Source of the DNA: a virus
Taxonomy: Duplodnaviria > Caudoviricetes
Length of the DNA: 39,631 bases
Strand: one strand, 5' to 3'
IMG/VR virus record: IMGVR_UViG_3300020045_005713
Location: 1-39,631 of that record
Part shown: piece after piece, positions 34,428-39,631 of the stretch
Layout: every line of letters starts with the position of its first letter
How positions within the stretch are numbered: position 1 is the first letter of the stretch
Made by a program: the position numbers and the translations under genes
The notes under the pieces: model-generated
Seen by the model: only the letters and a program-made list of their open reading frames with translations
What the model was told of the DNA's origin: nothing
The model's database searches: none

Positions 34428-35092
34428 GCACGAAGCTGGATTCATTCGACGCGAGCAAACTGGGCGCGTTTATTCAATCGAAGCTGGACGCGCGCAACGG
34501 CGTATCGGCACCGCAGCCGTATACGCTTTTGATTTCGCCCGTGACAACCGAACCGCGTACCTATGCCATGACGGATCAGAATGGGATTTACGGGCAGCAC
34601 GTTTCGGAGGTTCTCAATTCATCGCTCGTTTACGGGCGCGAAGGATCGGGTTTGGCAGCGCAAGCAATGGTACGGCGGCGGCGCATGGTCGGGTTTGCGA
34701 TTCCGAACACGGCGCAAGTGCTGAATGCCACTGGCGCGGAAATACGGTTGACCGTTGACGTGGTCGATAGCCCGCTTGAACCGCTTTTTGTGTCGCTCTA
34801 TTTCCGCAACGCGACTACAACGCCTTTGATTACTCCGACGTATAACGGCGCGTGGTGGGATTTCTTCCAGCCGCGCGGGTTCAATATCGGCGTATCGCAG
34901 GCGCAATTAACCGGGGAAGGCCCGACGAATCACACTTTCACGATTGACGTGGCATTGGTCAAGGCGCGCGTGAATCAAACGTTGTACATCATCATGGGCA
35001 CGCGGGCGGAAATGTCTGGCGTCGGGCTTGGCGATCCATACGTAAGAAGCCGGTTTACGGTGTCGAGCATGGGGCTGTACCTAATCGGTTAA
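34424..35092 (+). CDS. putative tail/receptor-binding protein
   Basis: position; N-terminal repeated SKL.(S/A)F...SKL motif then a beta-rich domain. Confidence 0.5.
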   Translation: MSTKLDSFDASKLGAFIQSKLDARNGVSAPQPYTLLISPVTTEPRTYAMTDQNGIYGQHVSEVLNSSLVYGREGSGLAAQAMVRRRRMVGFAIPNTAQVLNATGAEIRLTVDVVDSPLEPLFVSLYFRNATTTPLITPTYNGAWWDFFQPRGFNIGVSQAQLTGEGPTNHTFTIDVALVKARVNQTLYIIMGTRAEMSGVGLGDPYVRSRFTVSSMGLYLIG

Positions 35093-35150
35093 GGTTTGCT
35101 TTTTCCATCGCGCGCGTTAAGGTGATAGCGCGGGAAGGTCAGGAGACTGA

Positions 35151-36416
35151 ATGGCAACGAGTTATTGGAAAGGGGCTGCACCTGCGGTCGCTCAGGTCGG
35201 CACGTTTCAAGTCACGGCTTACGACGCGGCAACCACTTACGCGCTGATAATCGGCAGCGTATCCGTGACGACCATCGCGGCGGGCAGCGCGAACGCGACG
35301 GCTACGGCGCTTGCGGCGGCATGGAACGCTTCGACGCATCCCTATTTCGCGGCGGTGACTGCATCGGCGTCAACCGACACGGTTACCGTCACGGCGGACA
35401 CTGCGGGCTTTCCGTTTACGGCGACTTCAAGCGAGACGGGCGGCGCTGGCACCATTGGCGATTACGTGGCGGTGACGGCCAGCTCCGGGCCTTACGATTG
35501 GTCAACGGCGGCGAACTGGTCGGCAGGAACGGTGCCCGTTGCAACGAATGACATTATCATTCAGGGCGTGTCGGCTCCGATTCTGTTCGGGCTTGACCAA
35601 AGTTCCGTAGCGCTGAATTCCTTGCGCATTCATCAGTCCTATACTGGTAGGATCGGCTTGCCGTGGGGCACGTTTATGCAATCGGCGTCCGATACGAGCG
35701 AAAGCAATTCATCGCTGGCGCGCGAGTACCGGACGGATTATCTGCGAATCGGCGCGGCGTATTTCGATATTGGATTGCATCCGAAAGAGGAAGACAACTT
35801 TGGCGCAACGCGCATCAAGATTGACGGCGGCACCACGGCTGCAACGGTGAACATTCACGCCACGGCGCGCGGCGGCTCGGAGACAGGGCTACCGGCAGTG
35901 CGGCTGAAATACGTGAATAGCGCCACGGATATTTTCGTCCGGCGCGCTCCTGGCGGCGTCGGGATTGCCTGCGATGTTCCGGCTGAGGTATCGACAGTGC
36001 GGAAAATCGCGGTGTGCGATCAAGCCGAAGACACATGGGTAACGACCGGGCTGGGCACCACGATCACGACATGGGAATCGGACGGCGGGCGCAATCAGTT
36101 GCGCGCGATTTCGGCGGCGATAACAACGGTGACGATCCGGGGCGGCAATACGGAAACGGTGGGCGATTTCAACGTCACCACCGGAAATGTGTACGGCGGC
36201 ACCTTGCGCGCGAATCATCGGTCAACGGCCAGCGGCAATCTGATCTTCACCACGGCAAACGTATACGGCGGCACGCTCGATTTAGGCGAGTCGAACGAGA
36301 CGCGGGTAATCACCACATTGAACCGGCACGGCGGCACGATCAAAGGCGCTGGCACGCCGGTTACATTCACCACGCCGAACCTTAACGGGCGCTGGCAGAT
36401 TGCAGAGAGGGTGTAA
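35151..36416 (+). CDS. putative tail spike/fibre with beta-helical C-terminus
   Basis: AGGAG RBS; DWSTAANWS.G.VP, repeated T..NVYGGTL rungs. Confidence 0.65.
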   Translation: MATSYWKGAAPAVAQVGTFQVTAYDAATTYALIIGSVSVTTIAAGSANATATALAAAWNASTHPYFAAVTASASTDTVTVTADTAGFPFTATSSETGGAGTIGDYVAVTASSGPYDWSTAANWSAGTVPVATNDIIIQGVSAPILFGLDQSSVALNSLRIHQSYTGRIGLPWGTFMQSASDTSESNSSLAREYRTDYLRIGAAYFDIGLHPKEEDNFGATRIKIDGGTTAATVNIHATARGGSETGLPAVRLKYVNSATDIFVRRAPGGVGIACDVPAEVSTVRKIAVCDQAEDTWVTTGLGTTITTWESDGGRNQLRAISAAITTVTIRGGNTETVGDFNVTTGNVYGGTLRANHRSTASGNLIFTTANVYGGTLDLGESNETRVITTLNRHGGTIKGAGTPVTFTTPNLNGRWQIAERV

Positions 36417-36787
36417 TGGCAACTCCGAACGTATCCTGCGTCACGATAAGCGCCGCCGCGCCTTTGCGCGACGGCACAGGCTCTTCACTGGGCTGGACTG
36501 CGGGCGCGTCTGGCGGATATATCGAGACCATTTGTATCAAAGCCACAGGCCGCACAGACCCCGGCATGGTCAGGATGTTCTACAATAACGGCGCGACATA
36601 TTTTTTACGGTTTGAGCAGCCCGTTTCTCATATCATTCCAGACCGCATCACACAGACGTGGGAAGCGTCCTTGTCATTCGTCACGGACAACTCCGTAGGT
36701 ATGCCAGTCGATAACACGCACACGCTGTATTTCTCCACTGATTTGGCGCAAGAGTTTGACATCACAATCCACGGATACGACAATTAA
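36416..36787 (+). CDS. putative tail-associated protein
   Basis: coupled to the upstream gene; RDGTG...TAGASG..I..I.IKATG.T..GMVR.F. Confidence 0.6.
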   Translation: MATPNVSCVTISAAAPLRDGTGSSLGWTAGASGGYIETICIKATGRTDPGMVRMFYNNGATYFLRFEQPVSHIIPDRITQTWEASLSFVTDNSVGMPVDNTHTLYFSTDLAQEFDITIHGYDN

Positions 36788-36789
36788 GC

Positions 36790-37506
36790 GTGAATATTGT
36801 AAATAAACTACGGCGGTTGCTTCCGAAAGTGACGGGCGTGCCTCCCGCCGCGACAGGGGCGAGTACGTTCCTACGATCTGACGGGACGTGGCAACCCACA
36901 GGCGAAAGCGCCGGAAGTCCGGCTGGCATCATTTGCATGTGGAGCGGCACGCTGGCGGCAATCCCAAGCGGATGGAATCTATGTGACGGCACGAACGGCA
37001 CACCCGATTTACGCGACAGGTTTATCAAGGGCGCAAGCGCCGCTGAGAATCCCGGCGCTACCGGCGGATCGGCTACGCACTCGCACGGGGTAGGAACATT
37101 CGCTACGTCCGCTCACGCTGGCGCTGCCGTTGACGATCATCCTAGCCATACTCATACATACTCGCAGATTGTCAACCATACCCATCCCGTCACCGACCCC
37201 GGCCACGTACACGCGCAGCGGAGAAACAACACCGCAACCGGAGCCAACACGGGCTGGACAACCGCGTTCGATACATCGTCATCCAATCCAGTCAACGATG
37301 CCAACACGGGCACCGCGTCCGCAACGACCGGGATTACGACAGCAAACCCGGCGGGCGGAGTCGCGCAGGGCACAACGGACGGGCCAAGCGCCACGCTATC
37401 TCACGCCGTGACGCAGCCGAACAACCATACGATGTCTGGCACAAGTGAAGCGGCGGCGAGCGATCCGGCTTTCTACAAACTGGCCTTCATCCAAAAGGCG
37501 GCGTAA
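36790..37506 (+). CDS. tail fibre with collar-like domain and His (HxH) motifs
   Basis: TFLRSDGTW, G.I.MWSG....IPSGW.LCDGTNGTPDLRDRFI, several HxH, FY.LAFI.K. Confidence 0.85.
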   Translation: MNIVNKLRRLLPKVTGVPPAATGASTFLRSDGTWQPTGESAGSPAGIICMWSGTLAAIPSGWNLCDGTNGTPDLRDRFIKGASAAENPGATGGSATHSHGVGTFATSAHAGAAVDDHPSHTHTYSQIVNHTHPVTDPGHVHAQRRNNTATGANTGWTTAFDTSSSNPVNDANTGTASATTGITTANPAGGVAQGTTDGPSATLSHAVTQPNNHTMSGTSEAAASDPAFYKLAFIQKAA

Positions 37507-38084
37507 TGAAAACCGGCACTTACATTCTCACAATCGGCGAACGCCCGGAGCGCAGGCGCGCGGCTGAGGCGCAAGTTGAATCAATCGGTATCCGCGACGC
37601 GATAACATACGTCGCGATGAAAGAGGAAAACGCGGCCTGGTCAAATTTCCAGTCACACCGGAATATCGTCATGGACGCCGTAAAACGGGATTTCGCGCGC
37701 GTGATGATATTCGAGGATGACGTTGTTTTCCGCGAGCCGTTCCATACGCCGTTTCAACAATCCGTTGACGACTTGCCACCGGACTGGGAAATGCTCTTGC
37801 TCGGTTGCCGATTGAACGAACCGCCGGAAGCATTTTCGCCGAACCTCTACCGCGTCAATAACCACACGATGATGCACGCGTATGTGCTATCGCGCGCTGG
37901 GATGACAGCCTTTCTTGACCACGCGGCGCGGCTGGACAAGATCGGCCATTGCCACTCATGGGACGCGTGGATGGGCGCGCAACCGATGAATCGGTTCTTG
38001 ACCCGGCCTATTCTGGCGATTCAAGCGGACGGGTTTTCGGATATTCAACAGCGCGCGGGGAAGTATCTGGGCGAGCCGTTTTGA
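37506..38084 (+). CDS. glycosyltransferase, family 25-like
   Basis: YIL...RPERR, SHR.I, VMIFEDDV, DWEML.LG, HAYVLS..G, P.LAIQ...SDI. Confidence 0.85.
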   Translation: MKTGTYILTIGERPERRRAAEAQVESIGIRDAITYVAMKEENAAWSNFQSHRNIVMDAVKRDFARVMIFEDDVVFREPFHTPFQQSVDDLPPDWEMLLLGCRLNEPPEAFSPNLYRVNNHTMMHAYVLSRAGMTAFLDHAARLDKIGHCHSWDAWMGAQPMNRFLTRPILAIQADGFSDIQQRAGKYLGEPF

Positions 38085-38097
38085 TTTCTCCAACTAT

Positions 38098-38535
38098 TTA
38101 ATCCTGCACGCGCCGCATGGTACGCGGATCGTACTGGTACGTCACGCCGTACACCCCGGCAGGCAGCGTGAAATGCGCGTGCTCAGGATGCGTCAGGCTC
38201 CACGTATCCCGCGCGACAACGACCGGGCCGCAGATTTCGGACGCCGAAACATCCATAGGCGCTTTCACGCCAGCAGGGAGCGTGGTGCTAGCGAACACCG
38301 CAATCTCACCTTCGGCCACGTGCCGCGCGCCCATGTTATCGCCAAGCGCCACTTGCGCCTTGCCCGCCGCGATCTGCTTTCCGCGCGCGTGCTTTTCCGG
38401 CAGGCGGTGTACGTATAAATCGCCCTGCTGGATGACAGAGCCGATTTCCATTCGCCGGATAATCCGCACATCAGGATCGTGTTTCGCGCGCGTAACTTTC
38501 TCGACAGCTGTCCCCGCGTCAATCGTTTGTGTCAT
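38098..38535 (-). CDS. conserved phage protein with QGD and HPEH motifs
   Basis: IQQGDLY, LG...GARH, LTHPEH...LPAGVY.V..Q, R.V.D at the C-terminus. Confidence 0.75.
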   Translation of the reverse strand: MTQTIDAGTAVEKVTRAKHDPDVRIIRRMEIGSVIQQGDLYVHRLPEKHARGKQIAAGKAQVALGDNMGARHVAEGEIAVFASTTLPAGVKAPMDVSASEICGPVVVARDTWSLTHPEHAHFTLPAGVYGVTYQYDPRTMRRVQD

Positions 38536-38547
38536 TGGTCTTCCCCT

Positions 38548-39631
38548 TTAGCTCTTCGCCAAAATCTTCGTTTCATCGAACCCGGCAATCTCGCAATGAG
38601 CTTGCGCGCAGGTTGCAACGTGGTGCGGCACCGGCATGTAATACGTGCGTTTCGTGCTGCCGTCTGTCCCGACGAGCCACTTATTTCCAGATTTATCCGC
38701 CAGCAATGCGCGCGGCGCGGCACCTTTGCGCGCGCGTTCGTTGTCCACGTCAACGACCTTAGCGCCAGACTCTAAAAGATACTTCCCCGCGCCCATCCGT
38801 TCAATCATTATTCGCCGGACTTCCGCATTCGGCTCGGCATCGACCTGAGCGACCGTGAGTGTTTCGGGTTGTTCCACAATTTGTCGCGTGAGTAATACCC
38901 CACGGATAAAATATAAATCCGCGACATCGCATATCACGGCTGGGCCTGTGTCGCAGTGCGGCTGGCGCTGTGAATCCACCAGGACGGTCGGTTTTGCCAC
39001 CCAATATAACACGTCGGGAGTCCAATACAGCAGCCACGCACCGGAGAGATACGCATCGTATACGTGTTGGCTCCAGCGCGTAACGCTGGCTATACTCAGT
39101 TGCACTGCTCCGATGTATGTACAGGCGAGCCATGAGACATCCAAGTACCATCGCCAGGACGACCGCAGAATACACCACAGAGCAAACCGTTGAAGAGCAG
39201 CGTCACTCGCGTCACGCGCGTCACGCGCGGAAATCGCGTCACTCGCGTCACTCGCGGCACGCGCGGCACGCGCGGCAATCGCGGCACTCGCGTCACTCGC
39301 GTCACTCGCGGCACGCGCGGCAATCGCGTCACTCGCGTCACTCGCGTCACTCGCGGCACGCGCGGCACGCGCGGCAATCGCGGCACTCGCGGCACTCGCG
39401 TCACTCGCGGCACGCGCGGCACGCGCGGAAATCGCGTCACTCGCGTCACTCGCGTCACTCGCGTCACTCGCGGCACGCGCGGCAATCGCGTCACTCGCGT
39501 CACTCGCGGCACGCGCGGCAATCGCGGCACTCGCGTCACTCGCGGCAATCGCGGCAATCGCGGCACGCGCGTCACGCGCGTCACGCGCGGAAATCGCGTC
39601 ACTCGCGTCACTCGCGGCACGCGCGGCACGC
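38548..39631 (-). CDS. DUF6745-like protein with Ala-x-x repeat region, 5' end beyond the window
   Basis: H...GPAV, Y..RGV, NAEVRRIMIERMG..YL, Y..PVP; the frame stays open upstream of 39144 (DAALQRFALWCILRSSWRWY) and through the repeat. Confidence 0.75.
   Translation of the reverse strand, partial: RAARAASDASDAISARDARDARAAIAAIAASDASAAIAARAASDASDAIAARAASDASDASDASDAISARAARAASDASAASAAIAARAARAASDASDASDAIAARAASDASDASAAIAARAARAASDASDAISARDARDASDAALQRFALWCILRSSWRWYLDVSWLACTYIGAVQLSIASVTRWSQHVYDAYLSGAWLLYWTPDVLYWVAKPTVLVDSQRQPHCDTGPAVICDVADLYFIRGVLLTRQIVEQPETLTVAQVDAEPNAEVRRIMIERMGAGKYLLESGAKVVDVDNERARKGAAPRALLADKSGNKWLVGTDGSTKRTYYMPVPHHVATCAQAHCEIAGFDETKILAKS
39202..39631 (-). repeat. coding 9-bp tandem repeat array (about 48 units, six variants)
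   Basis: minus-strand units GCG-(AGT/CGT/ATT)-(GAC/GCC/TCC) encoding ASD, ARD, ARA, AIA, ASA, AIS. Confidence 0.95.

Noticed and set aside
2206-37877. Many long minus-strand ORFs such as 2206-2880, 8590-9306, 19935-20666, 21299-22090 and 27055-27801
   Set aside because: Antisense shadows of well-supported + strand genes in GC-rich DNA, with no recognisable motifs
39096-39629. ORF-track protein of RVP/RVT repeats
   Set aside because: Shadow frame of the repeat; the Ala-x-x frame is the one continuous with the DUF6745-like domain
39202-39631. CRISPR array or DGR variable region
   Set aside because: No unique spacers, no cas genes, no reverse transcriptase and no template/variable repeat pair in the window
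1-39631. Integrase, att site or CI/Cro lysogeny module
   Set aside because: No recombinase or repressor motifs found; they may lie outside the window, so lifestyle is undetermined

Overview
The window looks like a near-complete ~40 kb tailed-phage (Caudoviricetes, HK97-fold head, short non-contractile tail) genome or prophage fragment, with almost all genes on the + strand. Order: P27-type small terminase near the left end; an array of small early genes separated by repeated structured spacers; ERF and YqaJ recombination genes; two DNA methyltransferases; a replication initiator with internal iterons; RusA; two HNH nucleases; large terminase, portal, S49 protease and major capsid; a long block of putative head decoration/fibre genes; holin- and lipoprotein-like genes with no recognisable endolysin; neck and tail genes with a -1 frameshifted chaperone and a short tape measure; tail-tip/fibre genes; a GT25 glycosyltransferase; and on the - strand a two-gene module whose larger gene carries a combinatorial 9-bp repeat array running off the window edge. 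No integrase, CI-like repressor, tRNA or CRISPR array was recognised. The most notable signals are non-coding: a four-unit cassette array with covarying hairpins ahead of each RBS, two antisense-type (C4/CI-like) RNAs with visible complementary targets, two larger multi-stem RNA candidates, and an attenuator-like leader before the capsid gene. All family assignments come from motif recognition by eye, not database searches.
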